Assembly (NCBI GenBank): GCA_964291285.2
Contig: OZ219788.1
Location: 1 to 64,000, forward strand
Reading direction: 5' to 3'
DNA from: Alphaproteobacteria bacterium
GTDB taxonomy: Bacteria > Pseudomonadota > Alphaproteobacteria > Bin95
DNA length: 64,000 nucleotides
Shown here in pieces: positions 30,693 to 41,526 of this stretch (position 1 is the first letter of the stretch; every line of letters begins with the position of its first letter). The position numbers and the translations under genes are program-made. The notes under the pieces were generated by a model. The model was not told the DNA's origin, made no database searches, and saw only the letters and a list, made by a program, of their open reading frames with translations.

Positions 30693-32135
30693 GTTCTGGC
30701 CGAAATCTACGATCGGTGGGGTGCGCGTCTTCTCGAACAGAACGTGCGGGTGTTCCTTCAGGCCCGGGGAAAGGTCAACCGCGGGATCAGGACCACGCTC
30801 GAGAACGAGCCTTCGATGTTCTTCGCCTACAACAACGGCATTACCGCCACGGCCGAGCAGGTCGATATCGCGAATGAGGGAGGACAGCTGCTGCTCCGCG
30901 GTCTCCGCAACTTCCAGATCGTGAACGGCGGGCAGACGACCGCCTCCATTCACGTCGCGAAGCTCCGGAAGCTCGATCTCGCTCGGACATTCGTGCAGAT
31001 GAAGCTGTCGGTCGTGACGCCCGAAAGGGCGACGGAACTCGTGCCGCGAATCTCGGAGTATGCCAACAGCCAGAATCGGGTCAGTGCAGCCGACTTCTTC
31101 GCCAATCACCCGTTCCATGTCCGGATCGAGGGATTTTCCCGCCGCATTCATGCGCCTTCTCCGGACGGCACCTTTCGGCAGAGCAAGTGGTTCTACGAAC
31201 GGGCCCGCGGTCAGTATGCCGATGCCCGCGCCAACCTCACACCGTCCCAGCGCAGGAAGTTCGACCTCGAGAACCCGAGGAACCAGCTCTTCGCCAAGAC
31301 GGATCTCGCAAAATTCCTGACTGTCTGGGAGGGCCGCCCGCACGAGGTGAGCCTGGGCGCGCAGAAGAATTTCGCCGCTTTCGCACAACGAATCGGCCGG
31401 GCTTGGAGAAAATCCGCCGACGACTTCAACGAAGCCTGGTATCGCATGGCCGTCGCAAAGGCGATCGTCTTCAAGTCCACGGAACGCATCGTGTCGGCGC
31501 AAGCCTGGTACCAGGGCGGCTATCGCGCAAACATCGTCGCGTACGCGATCGCAAGGCTCGCCCAAGATGTCGCCGACCGGAACCGGGCGGTCGATTTCGA
31601 GACCATCTGGCGCCGACAGTCACCGGGTAGCGCCCTGGACGACGCCATTGCGATTGCTGCCGCGAAGGTTCACGATGTTCTCGTCCACCCACCCGCCGGC
31701 ATAAGCAACGTGACCGAATGGGCCAAGAAACAGGCATGCTGGGAACGAGTTCGAAACCTCGATATCGACTGGCCCGACGCTTTTCTTCAAGGACTGATTT
31801 CCGCTCAGGAACAGCTTGAGTCCGCCCGAACCGCCCGTCGCGAACAACGAGAGCTGAACGGGATGGAGGCGACGATTGCTGTCGTCAACGCCGGCAGCCA
31901 GTTCTGGTCGGAAGCACTGTCCTGGGGCCGGGCACGACGATTGCTGACGCCGACGGAAACAGGAATTCTCGATGTTGCTGTTCGCGTACCTGCCCGGACG
32001 CCATCGGACAAGCAGTCTTCCAGGGCCATGGAAATACTGAGGAAGCTGCAGGCTGAGGGATATCCTGCCGAGCTGCCTCCACACTCGTACCCGACCACGC
32101 CGAACTCCGTCTCGCCAGCTTGCGGCGGCTCTTGA
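30693..32135 (+). pseudogene. AIPR-family protein, 5' truncated by IS
   Basis: Open from the IS edge: VLAEIYDRWGARLLEQNVRVFLQARGKVN...FFAYNNGIT...QIVNGGQTT...ANSQN...WFYERARGQY. Confidence 0.85.
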
Positions 32136-32299
32136 TCTTGTGGGCGTAGAGGGTTTCGTCTGCGCGCAGGAGCGTGGTCCGGATTCTCCGCCGGAGGACC
32201 GTCGCGCTCTGGCGCGGGCATCGGTCCTGGCGCTGTTCGCGCATGAAGGAGCGGGTCGGATCGGGGCAGACACGTCGCTGGCGCTTGCCCGGTTTTCCC

Positions 32300-32772
32300 G
32301 CCATGGGCTGCGCCATCATTTCCTCGACCCTTTCTGCCGCCGCCTCGATGCCGCGATCGTGGTGTGCTCCCGGTTCGTCGAGATGCTGAAACCGGTCGAG
32401 TGCAACATTGCCGCCCTCGATTGGGGCCAAGCGATGCTGCACGGGTCGACGAATGACTGCGCCGTCCGGTTCGAGGCCTTCCAGTCCGGCGACCTGCCGC
32501 TCTTCCTTGTCGGTCTCGGGGCCGGCGGCACGAGCGTCAGCCTGACCGCTGCCGACACGGTGACCGTCTGCGATCCGTGGTGGAACCGGGCGGTGGAGCG
32601 CCAGGCCATGGACCGGGCGCACCGGATCGGCCAGGACAAGCCGGTGTTCGTGCACCGGCTGATCGCGAAGGCCAACGTCGAGGCCGTCATCCATCGGATG
32701 CAGGCGCGCAAGCAGGCGCTCGCTGACGCGCTGTTCGGACCGGCGCAACCGGGTTCCCGTGTCGGTCCATGA
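32300..32772 (+). pseudogene. Degenerate SNF2 helicase C-terminal fragment
   Basis: AGGTSVSLTAADTV..DPWWNRAVERQAMDRAHRIGQDKPVFVHRLI. Confidence 0.75.
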
Positions 32773-35035
32773 CGCGGCGCGGGTCATGAAGCCCGGCGCC
32801 GGCCGGGAACGGGGATCGCCGGACCGGGAGGTTCTGGCCGGGCCGATCGAGCGCGTCACCTTCCACAATCCCGAGAACGGCTTCTGCGTGCTCAGGGTCC
32901 GTGCGCGGGGCCATCGCGATCTGGTCACGGTAGTCGGTCATGCCGCAACAGTGGCGCCCGGGGAATGGATCACCGCCTCGGGCGAATGGGTGAACGACCG
33001 CACCCACGGCCAGCAGTTCAAGGCGCACTTCATCCGCACCGCCGCGCCCTCGTCGGTGGAGGGCATCGGGAAGTATCTGGGCTCCGGCATGATCCGGGGC
33101 ATCGGCCCGGTCTACGCCGGCAAGCTGGTGCGGGCGTTCGGCGAACGGGTCTTCGACGTCATCGAGGCCGAGCCGGAGCGGCTGCGCGAGGTGGAGGGCA
33201 TCGGCAAGGTGCGGGCCAAACGGATCACCGACGCCTGGGCCGAGCAGAAGGCGGTGCGCGAAATCATGGTGTTCCTGCACGGTCACGGCGTGGGCACGGC
33301 GCGGGCGGTGCGGATATTCCGGACCTACGGCGCGGACGCCGTGGAGGTGATGACGGAGAACCCCTACCGCCTTGCCCGGGACATCCGCGGCATCGGGTTC
33401 AGGACGGCCGACGTGATTGCGATGAAGCTCGGGGTCGGGAAGACGGCCATGGTCCGGGTGCGCGCCGGCATCGGCCATGCGCTGGCCGAAGCGATGGACG
33501 AGGGCCACTGCGGCCTGCCGGAAGCGGAGCTGGAACCGCTCGCGGCTAAGCTCCTCGAAGTTCCGGCCGGTCTGATCCGCACCGCGCTGGACCTGGAGCT
33601 GGCCGACGGCGCCGTCGTCGCCGACACGGTGGCGGACACGTCCTGCATGTTCCTGACCGGCCTGCACCGGGCCGAGCGCGCGATCGCGGCCCGGCTGGCG
33701 GAGATTGCGGGCGGAAGGCTTCCGTGGTCCCCGATCGACCCGGACAAGGCGCTGCCCTGGGTGGAGCGCAGGACCGGGCTTGCCCTGGCGCCGGGTCAGG
33801 CCGATGCGGTGCGGACGGCGCTTTCCTCGAAGGTGTCCGTGATCACCGGCGGGCCGGGGGTCGGCAAGACGACGGTCGTCAACGCGATCCTGCGCATCCT
33901 GACGGCCAGGGGCGTCGATATCCTGCTCTGCGCGCCGACCGGGCGGGCCGCGAAGCGAATGAGCGAGGCGACCGGGTTCGAGGCGAAGACGATCCACCGC
34001 CTGCTCGAGGTCGACCCCCGCACCGGCGGGTTCAGGCGCGACCGCGAGAGCCCGCTCGACTGCGGCCTGCTTGTGGTCGACGAAACCTCGATGGTCGACG
34101 TGCTTCTGATGCGCTCGCTGCTGGCGGCGGTTCCTGACGGGGCGGCGCTGCTGATCGTGGGCGATGCCGACCAGTTGCCCTCGGTGGGACCCGGCCAGGT
34201 GCTGGCCGACATCATCGCCTCGGGCGCGGCGCCGGTGGCGCGGCTGAGCGAGGTGTTCCGCCAGGCGGCGCGCAGCCGGATCGTCACGACCGCCCACCGC
34301 ATCAACCGGGGCGCCATCCCCGACCTCTCCCGGCCCGAGGGCGAGAGCGATTTCTATTTCGTGTCGGCCGAAGACCCGGAGACGGCGGTCTCGCGGATTG
34401 TCGACCTAGTGAAGACGCGCATCCCGAAACGCTTCGGGTTCGATCCGGTGCGCGACATCCAGGTGCTGTGCCCGATGAACCGGGGCGGCGTCGGCGCGCG
34501 CTCGCTCAATGTCGAACTCCAGGCCGCCCTCAACCCGGCGGGCGAGCACAAGATGGAGCGTTTCGGCTGGACCTTCGCGCCGGGCGACAAGGTGATGCAG
34601 ATCGAGAACGACTACGACAAGGAAGTCTACAACGGCGATATCGGGCTCGTGTCCGGCGTGGATCCGGAGGCGGGCGAACTTGCCGCGCGCTTCGAGGGGC
34701 GCGACCTTGTCTACGGCTTCGGCGAGCTCGACGCGCTGGTGCCGGCCTATGCGGCGACGGTGCACAAGAGCCAGGGCTCGGAATATCCGGCGGTGGTGAT
34801 GCCGGTGCTGACGCAGCACTACGCGATGCTGAAGCGGAACCTGCTCTATACCGGGGTCACGCGCGGCAAGCGGCTGGTGGTGCTGGTGGGCCAGAAGAAG
34901 GCCGTCGCGACCGCGGTGCGCAACGCCTCGGGACGTCAGCGCTGGTCAAAGCTCGACGAGTGGCTGGCCGGGGGAAGCGCCCGTCGGGAACTCGCGGCTG
35001 AACGGGCCATCGTTGCTCCCCGGTCGGCGAGATGA
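32759..35035 (+). CDS. recD2: RecD2 (RecD/TraA family) helicase
   Basis: HhH region (IRGIGP), ENPYRLA.DIRGIGF, TGGPGVGKT, VDETSM, GDADQLPSVGPG, TVHKSQGSE and LYTGVTRG motifs. Confidence 0.92.
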   Translation: MSVHDAARVMKPGAGRERGSPDREVLAGPIERVTFHNPENGFCVLRVRARGHRDLVTVVGHAATVAPGEWITASGEWVNDRTHGQQFKAHFIRTAAPSSVEGIGKYLGSGMIRGIGPVYAGKLVRAFGERVFDVIEAEPERLREVEGIGKVRAKRITDAWAEQKAVREIMVFLHGHGVGTARAVRIFRTYGADAVEVMTENPYRLARDIRGIGFRTADVIAMKLGVGKTAMVRVRAGIGHALAEAMDEGHCGLPEAELEPLAAKLLEVPAGLIRTALDLELADGAVVADTVADTSCMFLTGLHRAERAIAARLAEIAGGRLPWSPIDPDKALPWVERRTGLALAPGQADAVRTALSSKVSVITGGPGVGKTTVVNAILRILTARGVDILLCAPTGRAAKRMSEATGFEAKTIHRLLEVDPRTGGFRRDRESPLDCGLLVVDETSMVDVLLMRSLLAAVPDGAALLIVGDADQLPSVGPGQVLADIIASGAAPVARLSEVFRQAARSRIVTTAHRINRGAIPDLSRPEGESDFYFVSAEDPETAVSRIVDLVKTRIPKRFGFDPVRDIQVLCPMNRGGVGARSLNVELQAALNPAGEHKMERFGWTFAPGDKVMQIENDYDKEVYNGDIGLVSGVDPEAGELAARFEGRDLVYGFGELDALVPAYAATVHKSQGSEYPAVVMPVLTQHYAMLKRNLLYTGVTRGKRLVVLVGQKKAVATAVRNASGRQRWSKLDEWLAGGSARRELAAERAIVAPRSAR

Positions 35036-35079
35036 TTTTCTCGCGGCCCCGTCCTGGTTTTCGTGGAGCCGTCAGTCAG

Positions 35080-35262
35080 TGCTGGCCCGGCGCTCACGCG
35101 GAGTTCGTCGCCGGGGCGGTCGGGCGGTGGATCGCCGCGGCTGGGGCCCGGACTGCCTTCATCGAGCCGGGCTCACCCCGGGAGGACGGCTGTATCGAGA
35201 GCTTCAACGCCCGGCTCCGCGACGAGCTCCTCGACGGGGATATCTTCTACAGTCTGAACTGA
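35080..35262 (+). mobile_element. IS3-family integrase-core fragment
   Basis: EFVAGAV..W...TAFIEPGSP.E.G.IESFNARLRDELL..DIFYSL. Confidence 0.75.
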
Positions 35263-35349
35263 GGCTCGAGGGTCTGGTGCGGTGCGGTGCGGTGCGCCCG
35301 CCCCTTCGAGCGGGTCGCGGACGACCCCGACGGGAGCCTGTTCGCGCCT

Positions 35350-35486
35350 GCGCCTGCACCTACCGGCGGCACCTGGTGTTCTTCGCCCGGATTGCCGCCA
35401 CCGACGATGCGCCGGTAATTCTTCGCATCGTCCATCAGCGCCGCAACTTGCCCGCGCTGGCATATTTCGAGGACATCGGCGGCTGA
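35350..35486 (+). pseudogene. ParE/RelE toxin C-terminal fragment
   Basis: YRRHLVFF...VILRIVHQRRNLP. Confidence 0.55.
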
Positions 35487-35503
35487 GTTCGCCGCCCGAA
35501 TCG

Positions 35504-35890
35504 TCACGCCGGGTCTTCGCCGAGGGCCTCCGCCATCGCCAGGCGTCCGTCCTTGACGATGCTGTCGAGCTGCTTCCTGCGCTTGTCGCGGAGCAATTCC
35601 TCGCCGCGGAGCGTGGTCAGCAGGTAAACGCCGCAGTAGATGTCCTCGATCAGCGCGAGGTGACCGGGCCCGACCGCGGCCCCGGCGAGCCGGTCGAACC
35701 GCTCCCCGGCGGCGGCGAGAGTCACGGAACGGACGAGTTGGCTGGCCGGAATCCCTTGGCGGAGCGCCGCATCCTCGACCAGTTGCCACTCCGTATCGGA
35801 GAAACGGATGGTGCGCGAGCGGCGGGGATCGCCCGCCCGCTCGCCGGCTTCCGCCGACTTCCTGCGCGCTTTCCTGTCGTCTCGGGCCAT
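35504..35890 (-). CDS. Ribbon-helix-helix protein (possible relaxosome accessory factor)
   Basis: RSRTIRFSDTEWQLVEDAALRQGIPASQLVR; AGGAG upstream of ATG 35890. Confidence 0.65.
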   Translation of the reverse strand: MARDDRKARRKSAEAGERAGDPRRSRTIRFSDTEWQLVEDAALRQGIPASQLVRSVTLAAAGERFDRLAGAAVGPGHLALIEDIYCGVYLLTTLRGEELLRDKRRKQLDSIVKDGRLAMAEALGEDPA

Positions 35891-36783
35891 GTTGCTGCTC
35901 CTTTTCGACCGCGCCGGGGACCGGCGCGGGTCGAGGCCGTGCCCGGATCCCGATCCGCCCGGCCCGTTTTCGGCCAGGAACCCGCGCAATCGTCGAGGCT
36001 GTCGCGGCCCTCCACCGCCTCCCGGCCGACGGTATCGACGAGCCCCCGGAGAGGGTGGAGAGCGCGCCGCGACCGCGGTCGCGGCGGGCGATCCGGCCGA
36101 TTCCGGCGGCTACCATTCGGCTACCGAGCGTATTGCATCGCCATGCGCCAGGCAATCGGGCGATACACGGGCGGGCAGCGACCGTCGTCAGGGGCTGTCA
36201 GGGGCGGCCAAGCGTACCGGTACTGATGTAGTACCGGGCGGCATGCGCTCGGTCCGCAATGCTCCGGTCATCTCCAATCGTCGTCAGGAGTGCCGGAGCG
36301 CCCCCAGGGCATTCCATGGCAGGTTCTGGCGGGCCTTGCAGCCTGCTGCGTTCCGGTGTGACGAAATAGCGGCTCCGCCGTCGAGACAGAGCCGGAAGGG
36401 ATAGCATACACGATGGGGAAATCGACGCCGGGGAACCCGGCGGAGGGGAGCCGCCGCGGCGTGTGAGCGGACGGCCTCGCCGGCGCGAGCGCGGGCACTG
36501 GTGCGAAGCACCGTGCCGAGCGGACGGGCGGCAGCGCCGGCAGTGCCGTCGACAGTCACGCTGGCGGAAGTGCGCCGGGATCGGCGCGGACGGCGATGCA
36601 CCCGGGCGAAGCATGGTGCAGCGGCGCGTGACGCGGACGCGGAACGCAAGCGCGATCGGCGAAGCCGGAGCACGAGTGCGGCGCGAAGCGCGCGAGGTTG
36701 GCGTTGCCGCGTCATCGATGTGCGAAAGAGGAAACGGACCGTGCCGCAGCCGGAGCGACGACACGGCCCGCGATGCGTTGCGG

Positions 36784-37710
36784 TCAGGCTGCTACCTTCA
36801 TCACCGGGATGCCGAGCTGCTTCGCCTTGTCGACGAGGTTCTCGGTGATGCCGGAGCCGGGGAAGGCGATGACGCCCTTCGGCAGGAGGTTGAGCAGTTC
36901 GTCGTTGCGGCGGAAGGGTGCGGCGCGACCGTGGCGGTCCCAGTCGGGCTTGCAGACGACCTGGTGGACGCCGTTGCGCTCGGCCCGGCTTGCGGCGATC
37001 TTCTCGACGCCGGGGCCGCCGCCATGCACGAGCACGAGGTCGGCATACTTGGCGCGGGCCTTGTCGAGCCTGGCGATCACCGCGGCCGGGTCGGCGACGT
37101 CCTTTCCGCCTGCGATGGCGACGAGGGTGCCCTGCGGCAGGTGCGCCATGGTCGCGCGGTCCTTTCGGGCACGGACGAAGTCGCGGGCGTCGATGGCGGC
37201 GCTGGTGAGCGTGCCGGTCTGGCTGGCGTGGCTGCCGTGCCGGGGCCGCCACATGTCGCCGGTCTCTTCGCGGTAGGCGTGCGCGGCGGTGTTGCGCATC
37301 TTCTCGAAGGCGTCGCGCCGGTCTCCGAGGTTCTGCGCGCGGTCGGTGACGAGCTCCAGGTCGCGGGACTTGATCTCGGAGCCGTCCTGCTCGCGCTGGA
37401 GGTCGCGCAGGTCCGGGCTGAGCCGGTCGACGCTGCGGTCGAGGCGGCGGCTCTGGGCGTGGAGCATGTTGACGAAGCCCCAGAGCAGGCTCTCGCGTTC
37501 GTCGGCGAGCTGGGTGCCGTCGGGGCAGGCGCCTTCGGCGAGGATGCGGAAGGCCTCGCCGATTGCGGTCAGCGCATCGTCCTCGTCCCAGACCTCGCGT
37601 GGGTCGAGTTCGTCGCGCTCGGGGGTTGCGCCGAAGAGGGCGGCGTTGTCGCAGACGATCGCGGTTGCGGACTGTGCTGCGGTTTCGGTGGTATCGGTAT
37701 GGAAGGTCAT
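36784..37710 (-). CDS. DUF2493 (YspA/SLOG-like) protein typical of alphaproteobacterial plasmids/ICEs
   Basis: LLWGFVNMLH, GDMWRPRHGS, VAIAGG, LVHGGGPG.E.IA, GRAAPFRRNDELL and IAFPGSGITENL motifs. Confidence 0.85.
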   Translation of the reverse strand: MTFHTDTTETAAQSATAIVCDNAALFGATPERDELDPREVWDEDDALTAIGEAFRILAEGACPDGTQLADERESLLWGFVNMLHAQSRRLDRSVDRLSPDLRDLQREQDGSEIKSRDLELVTDRAQNLGDRRDAFEKMRNTAAHAYREETGDMWRPRHGSHASQTGTLTSAAIDARDFVRARKDRATMAHLPQGTLVAIAGGKDVADPAAVIARLDKARAKYADLVLVHGGGPGVEKIAASRAERNGVHQVVCKPDWDRHGRAAPFRRNDELLNLLPKGVIAFPGSGITENLVDKAKQLGIPVMKVAA

Positions 37711-37791
37711 GTCGTTTTCCTTTCGGTTTTCACGTTCGGGGCCGATCCCCGTTGTGATGTCCTGTCGGGGCACGCGCGCGCAGCAGAAGCA

Positions 37792-37912
37792 CCCGGGCGT
37801 AGAAGCTCTTGGGGCGGAGTGGTGCGGAAAGTCGGCGATGGTGCGGAAGATCGCCCTGCGATCTTCACGGTCGTCGACTTTCACGGTCCGCCCTTGGAGC
37901 TTCTTGCCCGGG
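37792..37912. promoter_or_regulatory. ~120-nt imperfect hairpin upstream of DUF2493 (candidate ssDNA promoter or sso)
   Basis: Nested pairings CCCGGGC/GCCCGGG, AGAAGCTC/GAGCTTCT, GGGCGGA/TCCGCCC, GAAAGTCG/CGACTTTC and AAGATCGC/GCGATCTT. Confidence 0.55.
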
Positions 37913-38083
37913 CCGCAGGGAGCGGAGCGACCGGAGGACCCCGCAGGGGTTGCTGTCGCGAGCACGTGTGACACGATTGGAGATCACAGCGGGGTGGCGT
38001 ATTTCTCTCGCCCTGCACGGACCCCATCGTCGTTTCGGCCCGGCACGGCGCCGGAGCGGGAGGCGCCGTTGCCCGCCCTTGCG

Positions 38084-38311
38084 TCAGTTCCACAGGGGAT
38101 GGGAGTCGACCCGCTGCCGGGCGGTCTCGCGGATGCGGGTGCGGTCGTGGAGATAGACGGGGCCGCGCGGGTCCTCGTCGAGATGTATGGCGAACACCCT
38201 GCGCCCCGGCCGGGTGCTGTCGTCGAAGGCGTGGACGTCGCCGACATGGTCGCCGTCCCGGTAGATGCGGGATTCGTCGGGGGCGATGCGGCGGAAGGAG
38301 ATGGTGCTCAT
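38084..38311 (-). CDS. Small hypothetical protein (75 aa)
   Basis: MSTISFRRIAPDESRIYRDGDHVGDV...; GGAG RBS; co-oriented with ssb and DUF2493. Confidence 0.6.
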   Translation of the reverse strand: MSTISFRRIAPDESRIYRDGDHVGDVHAFDDSTRPGRRVFAIHLDEDPRGPVYLHDRTRIRETARQRVDSHPLWN

Positions 38312-38492
38312 CGGGTTCTCCGGGTAGCGTGACGGGTGCGCGAGCGGGCTCCCTCTCCTCCTCGCGCGGTTCACCCGCTTTCCAGCCTCGCTCCCACTCC
38401 CGTATGCGCCGCGGCGAGACTCGAACCTGCCCGCATGAGAAAAGGGCCGACGCGCGAGGCGCCGACCCTGTGGGGGGGAAGAACGGGAAGCT

Positions 38493-38918
38493 CTAGAACA
38501 GGATCTGATCCCCATCCATCGGGTCGCCGCCCGCCGCGTCCGGGCCGGGCTGCGCGGCGTTGCCGTTCGCCTTGTCGAGGAACTGCACGCGCCCACCCGG
38601 GACCAGCAGGATCTCGGTCGAGAAGCGGTCGGAGTCCTCGCCCGGCTTCGACCAGCGCCGGGTCTGGAGCTTGCCGTCGATGTAGACGAGCCGGCCCTTG
38701 GTGGCGTGCTTCCCGAGCATGTCGATCAGCCCGTCCTGGAAGGTCACGACCCGGTGCCACTCGGTCCTGTCGACCTTCTCGCCGGTCTGCTTGTTGATGA
38801 ACGACTCGTCGGTCGCGATGCTCAGGTTGGCGACGCGCCCGCCCGAGGCGAGGTGGTTGACGGTGACGTCCGCGCCGAGGCGGCCGATGATCTGCACCTT
38901 GTTCAGTCCGAAGCTCAT
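38493..38918 (-). CDS. ssb: Single-stranded DNA-binding protein
   Basis: LNKVQIIGRLG...SIAT...TEWHRVV...KGRLVYIDGKLQTR; acidic tail. Confidence 0.95.
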   Translation of the reverse strand: MSFGLNKVQIIGRLGADVTVNHLASGGRVANLSIATDESFINKQTGEKVDRTEWHRVVTFQDGLIDMLGKHATKGRLVYIDGKLQTRRWSKPGEDSDRFSTEILLVPGGRVQFLDKANGNAAQPGPDAAGGDPMDGDQILF

Positions 38919-39419
38919 TGCGATACTCCTTCAGGTTCGCGTTGATGACGATGGGTTGCGAACGACCGGGGCCGGGGTCACTCCCCCGAACCCCCGCCCG
39001 TTCAATCTCTTCAGGCCCTCCTCTACCCCTGACCGCCCGGAGAGAACGACGACGCCGGTTCCGGGAAGAGGCTCGCGAAGCCGTGCACCGGACAGGCTGC
39101 GCCCCGGTCGGGACAGCGGATGGCGCGCTCGTCCCCGGCGATCTCGCGGACGGTGCGACGGTCGACGCCGAGTTCGGCGAGCAGGTCGCAGCCGGTCGGG
39201 AGGTCGAGGGATGTATCGGGATGAAACATGGCGGGAACTCCTCTGCCGTTGTCCTGCCCGGCGACCTGTGCCGGACATCGATCCGGCATCGGCGGGGAGT
39301 CCTCTCCTCCGCCCTGCCGGACACTCGCCCGGCAGGCGCTTTACTCCTCTCCACGACACAGGGACGGCGCGGCGGATCGCGGCCAGGCGAGCGCCGCCAT
39401 CGCCGCCCGGGACAGCATG

Positions 39420-40442
39420 TCAGGTCCAGGCGGTGAAGGAGGCGGTGACGGGGGCGTCGGCGACGATCTCGACGCGGTTGCGGTCGAGCTTCCCGAAGGC
39501 GAGGCAGAGGGCGACATCGGCCGGATCGTCGAACGGACCGTGCTCGCGGCCGGTCCCCAGTTCGATCACGGTCCAGACCGGCTCGTGGACCGGGATGCCC
39601 CTGAAATGCGCCGAGCCGTGATACGACCTCTCGGCACAGGGCGCACAGCGCGCCGCCCCCTGTGACGGCGCCCCGCAGGCCGTGCACAGGCCGGCGGCCC
39701 GGCGTCGGGCGTACAACTGCCGCGAGCGCGCGTTCTTGCGCTCCGGGTCGTGGCTGGCCTCCTCGATGGCGGCACACGCAGCGCAGCGCGACAGACCGTC
39801 ATGGACGGCGGCGCCGCACCGGGTGCAGAGCCCGGCCCGGCGCCGGTCCCGGTATTGCCGCCGTTCCGCCGCCTGCCTCCTGTCCCGGCAGGGCTGGCAG
39901 GTGGTTCCGCCCCCGGCAGGGGGCTGCCTGCCGCAGCGGATACAGAGTCCCGTCTTGATCCGGGCTTTCTGGCGGCGCTTGCTCTTCGCCCGGGCGGCGC
40001 GCCTTTTGGCTTCGGCATCGGCCCCGCCATACTTGAGGCCGGCGGCTTTCCCGGCGGCGTATTTCGCGCGGTCGGCTGCCCGGCGCTTCTCCAGGCACGG
40101 CTCGCAGGACGCACGGCCATCGGCGGCCGGCTGCTTGCCGCACCGGATGCAGAGCCCGGCGTCGCGGCGCATTTCAGCCTCGCGGCGGGACCGGTCGCGC
40201 TCCTGGGCGCGGGCCTTGTCGGGGTCTCTCCGGGGGAGGCCGGCGGTGCGCAGCCTTGCGTCCCTGGCCCGGCTCGCCCGGTTCCGCTTCTCGCCGCAGG
40301 ACGCGCACAGGGTCCGCGCGGGCTCGGGTTTGCGCTTGCCGCACCCGATGCACTTGCCGCGCGCGCGCCGGTCGGCAACCCGACGACGCCAGCGCTCCAG
40401 GTTCCGCGCGCGCCGCGCCCCGATGTCCTGCTGCTCGCACAT
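39420..40442 (-). CDS. Arg-rich protein with five CxxC-x9-11-CxxC zinc-finger-like repeats
   Basis: CIGC..CASC, CIRC..CEPC, CIRC..CQPC, CTRC..CAAC, CTAC..CAPC; AAGGAG RBS before ATG 40442. Confidence 0.75.
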   Translation of the reverse strand: MCEQQDIGARRARNLERWRRRVADRRARGKCIGCGKRKPEPARTLCASCGEKRNRASRARDARLRTAGLPRRDPDKARAQERDRSRREAEMRRDAGLCIRCGKQPAADGRASCEPCLEKRRAADRAKYAAGKAAGLKYGGADAEAKRRAARAKSKRRQKARIKTGLCIRCGRQPPAGGGTTCQPCRDRRQAAERRQYRDRRRAGLCTRCGAAVHDGLSRCAACAAIEEASHDPERKNARSRQLYARRRAAGLCTACGAPSQGAARCAPCAERSYHGSAHFRGIPVHEPVWTVIELGTGREHGPFDDPADVALCLAFGKLDRNRVEIVADAPVTASFTAWT

Positions 40443-40529
40443 GGGAGCGTTCTCCTTGCCGTGGGGAAAACGGAAGAGGGACGCCCGGCCGACCCGGGTG
40501 GGCCGGCCGGACATCCCTCGGGAAAGCGC

Positions 40530-40862
40530 TCAGCCGCGCTGCTTGCGGTCGCACAGGAGGCCCGCCGCAACCGAACCCCAGGCCTGTTTCCCGCCGCGGG
40601 TGCGAAGGCCGGTGCAGATGATGATCTCGGTGCGCTCCGGGCGCATCGCCTCGGCTTCCTTGCGCGAGACCACGGTGCGCCTGACCTTGCGCCGCCCCTT
40701 CGCGTTCTCCTCGCCGTCCCGGACCGGACGAATGTCGCCGCAGGCCAGGGCGCGGAACCGCTCGACCACGAAGCGGTCGTCGCCGTCGAGGCCGCCGCCG
40801 AAATAGTGGACCAGGAACGTGCTCGCCGTATTGCCGGGCATCGCCATCGTTGCTGCCGTCAT
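40530..40862 (-). CDS. Hypothetical protein
   Basis: Globular-looking sequence with GGAG upstream, in the same orientation as its neighbours. Confidence 0.5.
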   Translation of the reverse strand: MTAATMAMPGNTASTFLVHYFGGGLDGDDRFVVERFRALACGDIRPVRDGEENAKGRRKVRRTVVSRKEAEAMRPERTEIIICTGLRTRGGKQAWGSVAAGLLCDRKQRG

Positions 40863-41113
40863 GCTGCCGTCTCCATCGTGCCGTGGTGGAACCCGGCGGC
40901 AGCGCCCCGCTCTCCGAAGCGCCGACCGCCGCCCCGCTCACGGCCAGACCTTCCCTCCTGCCGGCGCGGAGCGGGGGAGGCGGCGTTCCCGACGGCGGGC
41001 GGCGGGCCGGCGGCACGGGTGACCGGTAGCTGGAGAGCACCCTGGCCATGGCCACACCGGCACGTTCGGGCTGCAATCGACCAGCGCACACGCGATGCGC
41101 TCACCGGTTGTAG

Positions 41114-41526
41114 GTGACAGGAAGGACCACGAAAACGGGGCAACGCGCAGGAAGGACGGCGCGCCCGGGTGGCGGGACGGGAAAGCGCGGCGGGAGCCTC
41201 GACCGTTTGCTCCGCCATCTCGACGACGCGGACCTCGACCGGCCGGTCGAAGCGGCGACAGCCGAGGCCCGCAGGCGCGGGCGGCAGGCCGGCAAGACAT
41301 CCGGAGGAAGGGCGCGCGCCAGGCCGGTGACGCAGGGGCAGGAAAAGCCGATCCTCGCCGCCTTCGAGGCCGGCCTCAGGCCGGCGGCGATCGCGCGGGA
41401 GTTCCGCGTCTCGCGCGCCCGGGTCGACGCGACGCGCTGTCTACGGGGACAGCTTCGGGCCGGTTCCGCCTCTCGCGCGCCCGGGTCGACGGCGTGCTGG
41501 CCGGCACCGGACAAGGCCGCCGGTGA
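41114..41526 (+). pseudogene. Small HTH protein disrupted by an internal duplication
   Basis: QEKPILAAFEAGLRPAAIAREFRVSRARVD; TCTCGCGCGCCCGGGTCGAC is repeated at ~41409 and ~41471. Confidence 0.5.

Noticed and set aside
9726-32772. SNF2 N-terminal (9726) and C-terminal (32300) fragments as halves of one split gene
   Set aside because: They look like different SNF2 subfamilies, and no shared junction sequence was found.
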